Assembly (NCBI GenBank): GCA_951406725.2
Contig: OX597817.1
Span: forward strand, 165,416,001 to 165,480,000
DNA: 64,000 nt
Direction of reading: 5' to 3'
Source of the DNA: Octopus vulgaris
Lineage: Eukaryota
The position numbers and the translations under genes were made by a program. Within the stretch, counting starts at the first letter, position 1; each line of letters opens with the position of its first letter. Under the pieces are notes generated by a model that saw nothing but the letters and a program-made list of their open reading frames with translations, was not told where the DNA came from and searched no databases. Positions 15,054 to 29,580 of this stretch are shown piece by piece.

Positions 15054-16244
15054 TACATATACACAGACATGACAGAAGTAAATAGACACCCTTCTAATCG
15101 TTCAGATTTATTTAAATCTGAAATTATGCATTCAAATTATTAATTATTATAATGTGAATAATTAATATTGAGTAGACATACCTTTTGCATGGACCCTATT
15201 CGGAATACTACTGATCAGATGACAAATATTCTCTTGAATTGTTTTCCAATTTTCATGCAGTAATCTCAAAAGATCTGGCGTTGAGGAGCTCAAAGCCAGA
15301 TCTTTTGAGCTCATTTGGTTTCTACACAGAAGCAAATAGGGGATGACACTTACTGACCAAAGACAAAATAACTTTTGTTACACAGTGTAATTGCCAAGTA
15401 GAAAAGCTGGCAATACTTGAGCATGAGGTTAAAGCACTAGTAGTCGGCTTCGCCCGAGCCCGCGCTCGTGACTCCGATGTTCGTCGTGGCGCCTTCATAT
15501 TCGATCGGACATCAGCATGTCATTGGTGATTACGCAACCTAAAATTTTAGCTCCAATAAGGCTTTCTCAACATCTCACTATCTTACTGACATGAGCCAGA
15601 GACAAACAAATGCAAAATATCCAGGGCCATTTTGAGTCGCAGTTCAGGAATGTGGGAGTGACATGAACTGAAGCGTAAGCAAAAGTCCCCCATAATGTCC
15701 AAAACCGTTTTCTGCTTATCCGGTTTTATATCAGAGTGGTCTTCTCCTGAAGACACCCTTTAACAAAAGCCGGTTGATGTCTGGCAACCTTCCAGCATGC
15801 CAGACACCAAGTTGGACTTCCTGAGGGCGCATGCTATTGCTAGATAGTCGTTCAATCTACACTGGATACATCCATCTTTCGGACACGTCATGTTTTAATT
15901 CTGCTGGGTCTCTAACAACCCTACTAACCAGGGAAGCCTAGGTGGTGAGGGGGTGTCGGTTCAATCACTGGCGACTAGGCTATGCAACAGGTTGCATGGT
16001 CACAGGAATGAATACGTCATCAAAATTGTAACTAATCAAAAATTAGATCCGTGTCCATGAAAACATATAGGTGTAGGAGTGGCTGTGTGGTAAGTGTGAT
16101 AACATGGTTCTGGTTTCAGTCCCACTGCATGGGCAAGTGGGCAAGTGTCTTCGACTATAGCCTAGGACCGACCAAAGCCTTGTGAGTGGATTTGGTAGAC
16201 GGAAACTGAAAGAAGCTTGTCGTATATATGTTTATATATATATA

Positions 16245-17030
16245 TGTATGTATATTCTCTTTAGAAATTTATTGAAACAAATTATACATGTTCTTTTTTA
16301 CAGAGGAAAATGAAAGTAAATCTTCATGTTTCAATGTAAGTACCAGTGGCGTCAACTAGTTTCTTCAAATGGCCAGTGATGGAATGAGCAATCTTCTGGA
16401 GGACATCAACTGAGACATCATTGGGAACCTTCTGAATCCGTGTCTCCAAGTGCTCCCGCGTGTGAGGTTTTGTCTTGTACATCTCTTTTGTGTAACTCCA
16501 CTGGTAAAAATCACATGGAGTAAGATCTGTACTTCTTGGAGTTCTGGACTTCTGGACGTCTGCGGTCACAGTCTTCAGGTTTTACCTCCTGCACGCAATG
16601 GGGTTTTAATGGACGAAAATTCATGCAAAACCGTATGTACTGTGTGTCTTGTTAGTCCACTTTCACGAGCTGATCGGGATGTGGTTGGACGGTCACTTCT
16701 TGCATCGTTCCCAGAACCGTTGTCATCAGCTTCTTTGCATGACAACTTTATACTGTCTCCGGACGTAGTGTTGCATGCTTACGTTTCCATGCACGCCACC
16801 ATCTCTAAAACAAAACAATGGAATTCCACACTTCATAGCGGGCTGCTATCTTAGCTCGCTCCTGAACAGTCAAGCGATCAACCATCTGGAAAGTAAGAAA
16901 GAAGACAATAAGACAATAGGAAATCCCATTAATGGTGTCTGTTTAAAAAATGTTTCCCTCAGGACTTCAGTGATACTAAAACTTCTATAAGCAATTTTTA
17001 ATGCCTATTTATTTTCCACCCACTCTATAC
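16245..17030 (-). pseudogene. Internally deleted Tc1/mariner-superfamily transposon
   Basis: ORF 16324-16569 PRSTDLTPCDFYQWSYTKE-MYKTKPHTREHLETRI matches the WPPRSPDLTPCDFFLWG C-terminal motif. Confidence 0.75.
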
Positions 17031-17267
17031 ATGTACGTCTGTGTGTGTGTGGGGGGGTTGTGTGTGTGTGTGTGTGGGTGTGGGTGTGTGTGTGTGTGTG
17101 TGTGTGTATACTTACATACATAAATGTGTATTTATCTTTCATGTTTTCTCACTTCTCACAAGCCTGGTAATTCTCGGTCTTTTTTGCCGAAACCCAAAAC
17201 TTCAACACTGGTGGCTCAGTCATGGTGAGGGAACAATCAAAAACTCAGCGACATACACATACACTAG

Positions 17268-17298
<31 letters not shown>

Positions 17299-17412
17299 CA
17301 AATACACACGCACACAGACACACACACCCACCCACTCACGCATACACACATACTCACACACACATACATATCTGTATATGCATGCATATATGAACATGTA
17401 TATACGCGCATG

Positions 17413-17457
<45 letters not shown>

Positions 17458-17477
17458 GTATAAAAAATATATATATA

Positions 17478-17592
17478 AAAATACAAAATGGGACAAGAAC
17501 GCAAGACATTCAAATAGACGACACAAAAAACGGACGGGTCATTCGAAGCCTCTAATCTTCAGTCAAGAACCGGATCATCCTCGCAATTTCGG

Positions 17593-17596
<4 letters not shown>
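17478..17596. repeat. (TA)n-embedded dispersed repeat, second copy at ~27272-27500
   Basis: gggacaagaacgcaa...cttcagtcaagaaccgg.tcatcctcgcaatttcggctgat occurs in both copies. Confidence 0.85.
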
Positions 17597-17648
<52 letters not shown>

Positions 17649-17844
17649 AACACACACGCACGCATGCATACACATATATGTATATGCATGTATGCATGCA
17701 ACTTCCCCAAAGTTTAGTCCCAAATCTTCGCTCGGTTTGAGCCTATAGTAAAAGACACATGACCAAGATGCCACATTATGGGACTGTACACGGAACCATG
17801 TAGTCGGAAAGCAAACTCCTTACCACACATCTACACCTGTGCAT

Positions 17845-17910
17845 AGATACATACATACATACATACATACATGCATGCATAATGCATGCATACATACATA
17901 AATACATACA

Positions 17911-17944
<34 letters not shown>

Positions 17945-17950
17945 CATACA

Positions 17951-17984
<34 letters not shown>

Positions 17985-18983
17985 CATACATACATACATA
18001 CATACATACATACATACATACATACATGCATGCATACATACATAAATACATACATACATACATACATACATACATACATACATACATACATACATACATA
18101 CATACATACATACATACATACATACATACATACATACATACATACATACATACATACATACATACATACATACATACATACATACATACATACATACATA
18201 CATACATACATACATACATACATACATACATACATACATACATACATACATACATACATACATACATACATACATACATACATACATACATACATACATA
18301 CATACATACATACATACATACATACATACATACATACATACATACATACATACATACATACATGCATACATACATAACATACATACATACATACATACAC
18401 ACACACATACATACATACATACATACATACATACATACATACATACATGCACATACATACATACATACATACACACATACATACATACATACATACATAC
18501 ATACATACATACATACATACATGCATGCATACATACATACATACATACATACATACATACATGCACACATACATACATACATACAAACATACATACATAC
18601 ATACATACATACATACATACATACATACATACATACATACATACATACATACATACATACATACATACATACATACATACATACATACATACATACATAC
18701 ATACATACATACATACATGCATGCATGCATACATACATACATACATACATGCATGCATACATACATACATACATACATACATACATACATGCATGCATGC
18801 ATGCATACATACATACATACATACATGCATGCATACATACATACATACGTACATACATACATATATACATACGTACATACTTACATACATACATACACAC
18901 ACACATACATACATACATACATACATACATACATACATACATACATACATACATACATACATACATACATACATACATACATA
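17845..18983. repeat. ~1.1-kb (TACA)n array
   Basis: Visible tandem repeat; source of the MYVC/HTYI ORFs. Confidence 0.99.
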
Positions 18984-19276
18984 CCCTATAATGAAATCCG
19001 TCGGAAAGATAATCCCGAGGACAAAGAAATAAGAACCTACAGTATGGCAGAAGCCATAACTACGTACAATAAAAAGGTATCTTGTGGAATGTCCAGGGAT
19101 GACTTCAATAAAATGTAAGCACAATGGACCTGATATAATGATTTGGGATTAAAGAAGAAAAACTGTGTACAGTTGTGGAAATCAGCTGCCCAGCGGATAT
19201 TAGCATAAAATTGAAGATCAGTATAAAAAGGGAGCACCTATGCTGAACTATTGAGAACTATATGAGAGCATGTCTA
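18984..19276 (+). pseudogene. Fragment of a restriction-like-endonuclease non-LTR retrotransposon (R4/Dong-like)
   Basis: Frameshifted YNEIRRKDNPEDK...WNV/TSIKCKHNGPDIMIWD*/EEKLCTVVEISCPADISIKLKIS/TYAELLR fits the RPD...E.xCP.D...K RLE motif. Confidence 0.75.
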
Positions 19277-19991
19277 GATACATACATACATACATACATA
19301 CATACATACATACATACATACATACATACATGCATGCATGCATACATACATACATACATACATACATACATACATACATACATACAAACATACATACATA
19401 CATACATACAAACATACATACATACATACATACATACATACAAACATACATACATACATGCATGCATACATACATACATACATACATACATACATACATA
19501 CACACACATACATACATACATACATACATACATACATACATACATACATACATACATACATACATACATGCATGCATACATACATACATACATACAAACA
19601 TACATACATACACACACACATACATACATACATACATACATACATACACACATACATACATACATACATACATACATACATACATACATACATACATACA
19701 TACATACACACATACATACATACATACATACATACATACACACATACATACATACATACATACATGCATGCATACATACATACACACATACATACATACA
19801 TACATACAAACATACATACATACATACATACATACATACATACACACACACATACATACATACATACATATATACATACACACACACATACATACATACA
19901 TACACACACACATACATACATACATACATACACACATACATACATACATACATACATGCATACATACATACATACATACATGCATACATAC
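19277..19991. repeat. ~0.7-kb (TACA)n array
   Basis: Visible tandem repeat. Confidence 0.99.
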
Positions 19992-20522
19992 TTAATAGCA
20001 AAAATACCCTGTGGCTGGTGTTAAAATTCCATTGCAGGAGCCTGTCTGTTTTTCTCCATATCACTACTTGACAACCGCTGTTGTTCTCTTTACGTCCCCG
20101 TAACTTAGCTGTTCGGCAGAGGAGACCGATCGACTAAGTACCAGACTTTAAAAAAGAGTAAATCCTGTTGCTGATTTGCTTGAATAAAGTCCTTCGAGTT
20201 GGTGCTCTAGCATGACCGCAGTGAAATAACTGAAGCAGATGTAAGAATAAAGACTACATACACACACCCACACACACACACACACACACACATATATGTC
20301 TAAATATAAAATACGCATGCATATTTATATATATCTATCAGTGTATGTGTATACACACACATGCGCGCATATATATATATATATATAGGTCGACTTTGCC
20401 TTTCATCCTTTCGGGGTCGATAAATTAAGTACCAGTTACACACTGGGGTCGATATAATCGACTTAATCCGTTCGTCTGTCCTTGTTTGTCCCGTCTGTGT
20501 TTAGCCCCTTGTGGGTAGTAAA

Positions 20523-20588
<66 letters not shown>

Positions 20589-20662
20589 CATGTTTAAATG
20601 TAAAGAATGTATGTATATTTATGTATATCTATCATTGTATGTATGTACATACACACACACAC

Positions 20663-20704
<42 letters not shown>

Positions 20705-20720
20705 GTACATACATACGTAT

Positions 20721-20763
<43 letters not shown>

Positions 20764-20878
20764 CATGTTTAAATGTAAATTATGTATGTATATTTACGAT
20801 TATCAGTGTATGTGTGTGTATATATATGTATATGTATGTATGTATATGATATATACATGTTGAAATGTAAGGTATGTA

Positions 20879-20914
<36 letters not shown>

Positions 20915-20959
20915 CATAGATGAATGTTTAAATGTGATGTAAGTATATTCATGTATATC

Positions 20960-21019
<60 letters not shown>

Positions 21020-21364
21020 GTAAATATATGGGTGCACTTGTACCTAAAGTTCTGTGTGCCGTTTAATCAAGCTTTGAAACTTTCGTTAAAATTTTACGTA
21101 CACGAACTTCACCATCCACCACATAACATAGAGTTTACCGTAATTATCTCCCTTACACCTTCTAGCGCTTATAAACTATTTCCCCAACGATGAAAACGTC
21201 TGGAAGGGGAAAGCGTTTGATAGAGATAACGTTGATGCTTATACAGCAGAGTGTACAGTTTCACGATAGTAGAACACATGTTGATGTGTGTTGTACAAAT
21301 TATGTCTCGGGTACCAAAGAAATGCAAAATTTTTTAGTCAGCTTATTTGAAGATTTCTGACTAG

Positions 21365-21483
21365 GCTTACGGCCATATCACGTTGAAAGAATCGGTTGTC
21401 GTTCGATCACCGTAGTTAAGCAACGTCGAGCCTAGTTAGTAATTAGATGGGTGACCGCTTGGGACACCTAGGCGCTGTAAGCG
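21365..21483 (+). rRNA. 5S: Orphan 5S rRNA copy, probably a pseudogene
   Basis: gcttacggccatatcacgttgaa...cgatcaccgtagttaagcaacgtcgagcctagttagta.tt.gatgggtgaccgc.tggga...gctgtaagc; ~119 nt, complementary ends, several substitutions, no T4 terminator. Confidence 0.9.
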
Positions 21484-21494
21484 TCACACATTTA

Positions 21495-22172
21495 TAGGCC
21501 CAGGACTGGCTGTGTGGTAAGCGGCGAGCTGGCAGAAACGTTAGCACGCCGGGCAAAATGCGTAGCCGTATTTCGTCTGCGGTTACGTTCTGAGTTCAAA
21601 TTCCGCCGACGTCGACTTTGCCTTTCATCCTTTCGGGGTCGATTAAATAAGTACCCGTTACGCACTGTGGTCGATACAATCGACTTAATCCGTTTGTTTG
21701 TCCTTGTTTGTCCTCTCTGTGTTTAGCCCCTTGTGGGTAGTAAAGAAATAGGCTTGCTTACCAGCCACACGGTTCCGGGTTCAGTCCCACTGCGTGGCAC
21801 CTTGGGCAAGTGTCTTCTACTATAAGCCTCGGGCCGACCAAAGCCTTGTGAGTGGATTTGGTAGACGGATACTGAATAAAAAAAGGAGCCCGTCGTATAT
21901 GTGTGTGTGTTTGTGTGTGCGTGTGTGTGGTGCGTGTGTGTGTGTGTGTGTGTGTGTGCGTGTGTTTGTGTATCTGTGTTTGTCCCCACAACATCGCTTG
22001 ACAACCGATGCTGGCGTGTTTACGTCCCCGTAACCTAGAGGTTCGGCAAAAGTCACCGATAGAATAAGTGCTAGGCTTCCTAAGAATAAGTCCTGGGGTC
22101 GATTTGCTTGACTAAAAGTGGTGCTCCAGCATGGCCACAGTCAAATGACTGAAACAAGTAAAAGAGTAAAAG
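21495..22172 (+). mobile_element. SINE A with a SINE B (21521-21750) nested in its head
   Basis: A head breaks at tgtgtggtaa and resumes at gcttgcttaccagccac after a complete B. Confidence 0.9.
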
Positions 22173-22361
22173 GGTGGGCGCAGGCGTGGCCGTGTGGTAA
22201 GACGCTTGCTTCCCTATCACATGGTTCTAGTTTCATCTCACTGCGAGGCATCTTATGCATGTGTCTTCTACTATAGCCTCGCGCCGACCGAAGCCTTGTG
22301 AGTTTGATTTAGTAGACAGAAACGGAAAGAAGCCCTCCGTATATATATACACACATAAATC

Positions 22362-22472
<111 letters not shown>

Positions 22473-22681
22473 ACTTATAACTGTCTGTCTCTCAACTTTT
22501 GCTGGGTCTTCCCTGTTGCTGTCAAATGCTGTGAAATTGTAAAATTACCTCAAAATTTTCAAATTTGATATACTGGAATAATTTTCCACGTTAAATCCGA
22601 TTTTTTTATTTATTTGTTCCAGAAAAAACAGAGAAAAATGTTACTGAGGTTTGTGTGTGTGTGTGTGTATATGTACACACT

Positions 22682-23040
<359 letters not shown>

Positions 23041-23339
23041 GATATAAAATTAAGTTCCGTTGAACTTAGGTACTTAAATTGAGGCACCTTGTTTGGTCGG
23101 TATAATCCGAACACCCAAACAATACTAATTGAATTTTGAATATCAAGACTGTGTGCAGGAGTATTGTACCTGATATTCCTGCCATGTGTGCAGAAAACGC
23201 AACCCGCCTGAGTGAAGATATCCACTCTTGGTAGTACAGACGTGTGCTTTTTATAAAAATGCTTTCTATAGTATATCCGAAGTGTAAATTCCGTGCATGA
23301 ACTAAAGGTCGGAGGCTGACGGGATAAACTACTCGCATC

Positions 23340-23987
23340 AACTTGCAGGTAGTAATTTTACCCTGTACTTATTCTTAGTACAAGTTTTGAAGAGTGCAGT
23401 TCGATTTCAACAGTTATTTTCTCAAAGCTATGATAAAAGTGACAAAGGAGAATATTCGGCATATTTTGCTTTATGAGTTCAATAAATGCAGCAACGCAAC
23501 GGAAAGTGCGAGGAATATTAAATGCAGTATATGGGGATCGGACAATAAGCGCAAACCATTGTCAACGGTAGTTCCAGGGATAACGAGTAGGAAACTACAG
23601 CCTAGAAGACGAGCGTCGTCCTGGAAGAACTGTAGAGCTTGATGAGGATGTCCTGCAAATCCTGATGGAAGAAAATCTCACCGTAACTGTTGAAAAACTA
23701 GCAGAGAAGCTTGGATTTGGTCATTCAACGAGTCATCGACACCTACGTGCAATTGGAAAAGTCAACAAATTAGATCAATAGGTTCCTCACAAATGTTCTG
23801 TGTCTAATCGTCACGGATAAATGAATTTTGGAAGAGGGCCTTGCAAGTCTATCAGATAGAAAGAAAGAGCATTGTAGAAAATGAAGGAGAGTATATTTTA
23901 GATTAAAACAGAACTTTCTTTAACTTAATTTTGAAATATAAAAGAAGTGCAAAAAAACCCCGCATTATTTGTGGGATAACCCTAGAT
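23340..23987 (+). pseudogene. Internally deleted mariner element
   Basis: MIKVTKENIRHILLYEFNK..NATESARNI, SLEDERRPGRTVELDEDVL..., GKVNKLDQ*VPH (mariner HTH and WVPH); TIR-like cgcattatttgtgggataaccctaga at the end. Confidence 0.85.
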
Positions 23988-24166
23988 ATATATAAAAATA
24001 TGTGCAATAATATATCATAATGATATTTTACTCTTTGATTTGAAGCAACAATTTTTAAATACAAACAAATGACTGAAAACTCCAAGTAGAATCTAACCCA
24101 CAAATCAACGTTAACACGGCTCCTTGCACATCCGATTAGGCCAAACGCTCACCCATCAATTTCAAC

Positions 24167-24214
<48 letters not shown>

Positions 24215-24439
24215 CAAACCTGAGGCGTTAGAATAATGTAAAAATAAGAACCAAGGTTAAGAAAATCACGTTCGCATTTATATTTACTCAGCCCTAGCAC
24301 CAACATGCATGAATTTCTCCAAGAGTATATTCAAAACATCAATCATATCAAAGATATATAGATATATAAAAATATAGAGAGTTATCAATACATTAAAAAT
24401 ATACATATAAAAGTATATAAATATATGTATATATATACA

Positions 24440-24820
24440 TTAAAATATATTGAAAAAATAAATACATATATAGGTCAACTTATAGATTACAAAACGAAGC
24501 CAGTTAATAATTCTACAGCCGTTCCGGTTGTCCAGTCAAATAAAATATATTTACATTCATTATTGGACACCACCTCCTTCATCAGGGTAAATAAATTTCT
24601 AAAAAGGCTTATATGTAGGAGGTGGTGTCCAATAATGGATGTAAATGTCTTTTTATATAACTGGACAACCGGAACCCCAGAGGCGGCTGCAGGTTTATTA
24701 ACTGGCTTAGTATCACCCAAACTTTTTATATTATAAACTCTTGCCTCTTTTTATGACTTCATTTTATAATCTGTAATCGACCTATATATGCATTCATTTT
24801 TTTCGATATATTTTTAATAT
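24440..24820. repeat. Diverged inverted repeat carrying a degenerate hammerhead motif
   Basis: Arms ~24440-24578 and ~24617-24820; minus strand CTGATGA-aggaggtggtgtcca...tggacaacc-GGAAC-ggct-GTA at 24514-24585. Confidence 0.8.
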
Positions 24821-24840
24821 ATTTATTTTTAATATGTTTT

Positions 24841-25045
24841 AAGGCGATGAGCTGGCAGAAACGTTAGCACTCCTGGTGAAATGCTCAACGTATCGGGCAA
24901 TAAGCGTATCTGAGTTCAAATTCCACTGAGGTCGACTTTGCCTTTCATCCTTTCGGGGTCGATAAATTAAGTGCCAGTTGCGTACTGGGGTCGATCTAAT
25001 CGACTGGACCCTCCCCAAATATTTTGGACCTAGAGTAGAAAGGAA
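24841..25045 (+). mobile_element. SINE B
   Basis: Homology to B consensus. Confidence 0.85.
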
Positions 25046-25180
25046 TATATATTTTTCTGTATCTATATATGTTTGATGTATTGAATATACTTTTGGAGAA
25101 ATTCATGCATTTTGGGTCAAGGAGTGAATAAATGTAAATGTATATGTGCATTTGATTTGCCTAACTTCTACATTATGTGT

Positions 25181-25564
25181 GTGGAGGCGCAATGGCCCTG
25201 TGGTTAGGGCAGCGGACTCGCGGTCGTAGGATCGCGGTTTCGATTCCCAGACCGGGCGTTGTGAGTGTTTATTGAGCGAAAACACCTAAAGCTCCACGCG
25301 GCTCCGGCAGGGGATGGTGGTGATCCCTGCTGTGCTCTTTCACCACAACTTTCTCTCACTCTTTCTTCCTGTTTCTGTTGTACCTGTATTTCAAAGGGCC
25401 GGCCTTGTCACTCTCTGTGTCACGCTGAATGTCCCCGAGAACTACGTTAAGGGTACACGTGTCTGTGGAGTGCTCAGCCACTTACACGTTAATTTCACGA
25501 GCAGGCTGTTCCGTTGGTCGGATCAACCGGAACCCTCGTCGCCGTAACCGACGGAGTGCTTCCA
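25181..25564 (+). mobile_element. SINE type C, full length
   Basis: tRNA-like head (tggccctgtgg A box, ggtttcgattcc B box); near-identical copies at 37583, 47615 and 52282; flanking acattat repeat. Confidence 0.95.
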
Positions 25565-25571
25565 CATTATA

Positions 25572-25607
<36 letters not shown>

Positions 25608-25858
25608 TGTGTGTGTATGTCTATGTATGTGTGTGTGTGTGTGTCTCGACAAACATACGTATGTAAGTGTGTATGTATATAAATCAACACGCCCAGGAAT
25701 TAACTACAATGATATCCATTTGTGGCAGCTGGTAGCATCACGAGTTTTACCTACGAACATAGTCATTTGCGTACCAAGAAATACAAGAAGAAATGTTTAG
25801 GTGAGGTGCATCGTTTATTTCTTGCTCTCTCGATATATATATATACACATACTCAATG

Positions 25859-25916
<58 letters not shown>

Positions 25917-25943
25917 ATCTATCTATCTATCTATCTATCTATC

Positions 25944-25991
<48 letters not shown>

Positions 25992-26261
25992 GTCTATCTA
26001 TCCATATATCTCTCTGCATATAGCTAGCTATATAGGAGTACATATGTGTACATATATACAAACCTACATGATAGCTGTTAACCATCTACGGTGACATATG
26101 CCTTCAGTCCATTACGAGTATTTCATTGAGTATTTTCTCCTTTAGAGTTACGACCGAATATACAGGTGTTGTTAGAAAGCAAGCTATAATCTTTTTAATG
26201 TGAGTAGTAAAAGGTCTTTTTCAGTGTCAGTCCCACTCTCTATACAGCCTGTGTATCCCTC

Positions 26262-26313
<52 letters not shown>

Positions 26314-26357
26314 CTTACATATAAGAGAGAGGGTACGTACGCCGCTATATATATATA

Positions 26358-26757
26358 TAGGCGTAGGAGTGGCTGTGTGGTAAGTAGCTTGCTTACCAAC
26401 CACATGGTACCGGGTTCAGTCCCACTGCGTGGCACCTTGGGTAAGTGTCTTCTACTATAGCCTCGGGCCGACCAAAGCCTTGTGAGTGGATTTGGTAGAC
26501 GGAAACTGAAAGAAGCCCGTCGTATATATGTATATATGTATATATATGTGTGTGCGTGTTTGTGTGTCTGTATCGCTTGACAACCGATGCTGGTATGTTT
26601 ATGTCCCCGTTACTTAGTGGTTCGGCAAAAAGAAACCGATAGAATAAGTACTAGGCTTACAAAGAATAAGTCCTGGGATCGATTTGCTCGACTAAAAGGT
26701 GGTGCTCCAGCATGACCACAGTCAAATGACTGAAACAAGTAAAAGAGTAGAAGAGTA
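26358..26757 (+). mobile_element. SINE A, full length
   Basis: Head, CORE-like ggcaccttgggtaagtgtctt, internal microsatellite, tail. Confidence 0.95.
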
Positions 26758-26774
26758 TATAAATTATATATTAA

Positions 26775-27179
<405 letters not shown>

Positions 27180-27194
27180 TTATATATATATATA

Positions 27195-27272
<78 letters not shown>

Positions 27273-27507
27273 AACTGGGACAAGAACGCAAAACATTTAG
27301 GAGACGATACAAAAAAGCACGGACATGTCATCCGAAGCCTTCAATCTTCAGTCAAGAACCGGTTCATCCTCGCAATTTCGGCTGATTAATCTTGAGATTG
27401 CTCCATTTTGGCCAGCGCCAATGAAAAACTAAGCTAAGCGCATTAGATTCCTTGGAAGAAAGCTTCGAATGTTTACAAAACAAGGACGGAAAAACATCGT
27501 AAAATTG

Positions 27508-27692
27508 TAGTTTCGATTCCTGGATCGGACAACGCGTTGTGTTCTTGAGCAAAACACTTCATTTCACGTTGCTCCAGTCCACTCAGCTGGCAAAAATGAG
27601 TAATCCTGCGACGGACCGGCGTCCCGTCCAGGTGGGAAATATGTACGTCATAGACTCCGGGAGTCCGTATGAGTCGAGAAGGTAACTTTATT
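27508..27692 (+). mobile_element. SINE with D-type core and a V-domain-like segment
   Basis: gttgtgttcttgagcaaaacacttcatttcacgttgctccagtccactcagctg followed by cctgcgacggaccggcgtcccgtccaggtgg. Confidence 0.7.
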
Positions 27693-28624
27693 TTAATTTA
27701 CCTGCCTATAAAGACATGCCAGTTTACATCATGGGATGCAAACAAAGTCGTGGGTATTACACCAGAGGTTTCCTTCCTCCAGAGAGATGTCGAAACAAAG
27801 ACTAGAACTTTTTTTACTCCTAGTTGTTAGACTGACATTAATTCTAATGAGTACATCTGTTTATAGTTTATCATTATTATTATTGACCGAAAACCTCGAT
27901 GGGGTGCAGAATTCGAAAATCAAATTCATTTTTCTCGAGAACGCACTGTTTCAGAGCCTTTCGGTGACACACACACACACACACACACACGCGCACGCAC
28001 ACACACACACGCACACTCACACATACACTGTCATTCAAAAAATCGATGTCATATTCTGCCCTCAGACACACTGCAGGCCGAGGATTGAACTTCAGTCATT
28101 GCTATCACGCAGGCTTTTATTTAGGTGTAGCGTATCAAGGACTGGAAGATGTGACTTGAAGGAGATTTAGCTGCTATTTCTAACTTGGTAATCGACTATA
28201 TAAAGCACCATCAACCTCGATGACAGTATTGAGGAATTTATACGTCATGGAAGTCAGGAAACCGTACCTTATGAGTCGGTATGACACGAAAAGGTAACTT
28301 TACCTTACTTTACCTGCCTATAAAGACATACCAGTTTATACCATGGGATGCGTACAAAGTCGTGGGTATTACACCAGAGGTTTCCTTCCACCAGAGAGAT
28401 GTTTAAACAAAGACTAGAGTATTTTCACTCCCAATTATTGGAATGACATTGTCTCTAATGAGTACATTTGTCCTTTGAAAGGTTTTGCTTTTCATCTTAA
28501 CGGAAATCCATCCTCCTTTCCAAGTTATTTTGTCGGTGTCAGCCCGATTTGTAACTGGTTGTAGTGGCTTACATGTTACCAGTCTCACCAAGGCTGACCT
28601 GATATAACATACATACATACACAT

Positions 28625-29010
28625 GCGCAGGAGTGGCTGTGTGGTAAATAGCTTGCCTACCAACCACATGCTTCCGGGTTCAGTCCCACTGCGTGTCACC
28701 ATGGGCAAGTGTCTTCTACTATAGCTTCGGGTTGACCAAAGCCTTGTGAGTGGATTTGGTAGACGGAAACTGAAAGAAGCCAGTCGTATATATATATATA
28801 TGTTTGTGTGTCTGTGTTTGCCCCCCCCCACTCAACATCGCTTGACAACCGATGGTGGTGTGTTTACGTCCCAGTCACTTAGCGGTTCGGCAAAAGAGAC
28901 CGATAGAAAAAAGTACTTGCCTTAGAAAGAATAAGTCCTGGGGTCGATTTGTTCGACTAAAGACGGTGCTCCAGCATGGCCACAGTCAAATGACTGAAAC
29001 GAATAACGTA
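28625..29010 (+). mobile_element. SINE A, full length
   Basis: Homology to A consensus. Confidence 0.95.
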
Positions 29011-29017
29011 GAGAAAA

Positions 29018-29580
29018 ATACATACATACATGCATACATACATACATACATACATACATACATACATACATACATACATACATACATACATACATGCATG
29101 CATGCATACATACATACATACATACATACATACATACATGCATACATGCATGCATACATACATACATACATACATACATACATACATACATGCATACATA
29201 CATACATACATACATACATACACACATACATACATACATACATACATACATACATACATACATACATACATACATACATACATACACACACACACATACA
29301 TACATACATACATACATACATACATACATACATACATACACACACACACATACATACATACATACATACATACATACATACATACATGCATACATACATA
29401 CATACATACATACATACATGCATACATACACACACACACATACATACATACATACATACATACATACATACATACATGCATACATACATACATACATACA
29501 TACATGCATACATACATACATACATACATACATACATACATACATACACACACACATATACATACATATATACAAACATA
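29018..29580. repeat. (TACA)n array
   Basis: Visible tandem repeat. Confidence 0.99.

Noticed and set aside
15300-16030. Possible decayed RTE 5' region; 15900-16000 resembles 57508-57605
   Set aside because: The shared repeat looks real, but the protein motifs are too degraded to call
17776-20071. Long 200-430 aa ORFs (MYVC/HTYI repeats), and similar ones at 88-862 and 28852-29707
   Set aside because: Translations of stop-free tetranucleotide microsatellites in several frames on both strands
25181-25256. tRNA-like heads of SINEs A-D as tRNA genes
   Set aside because: Imperfect cloverleaves, continuous with SINE bodies and often TSD-flanked
25265-25547. Recurrent ORFs MFIERKH.../MVVIPAVL... 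at four loci
   Set aside because: They recur only because they lie within SINE C copies
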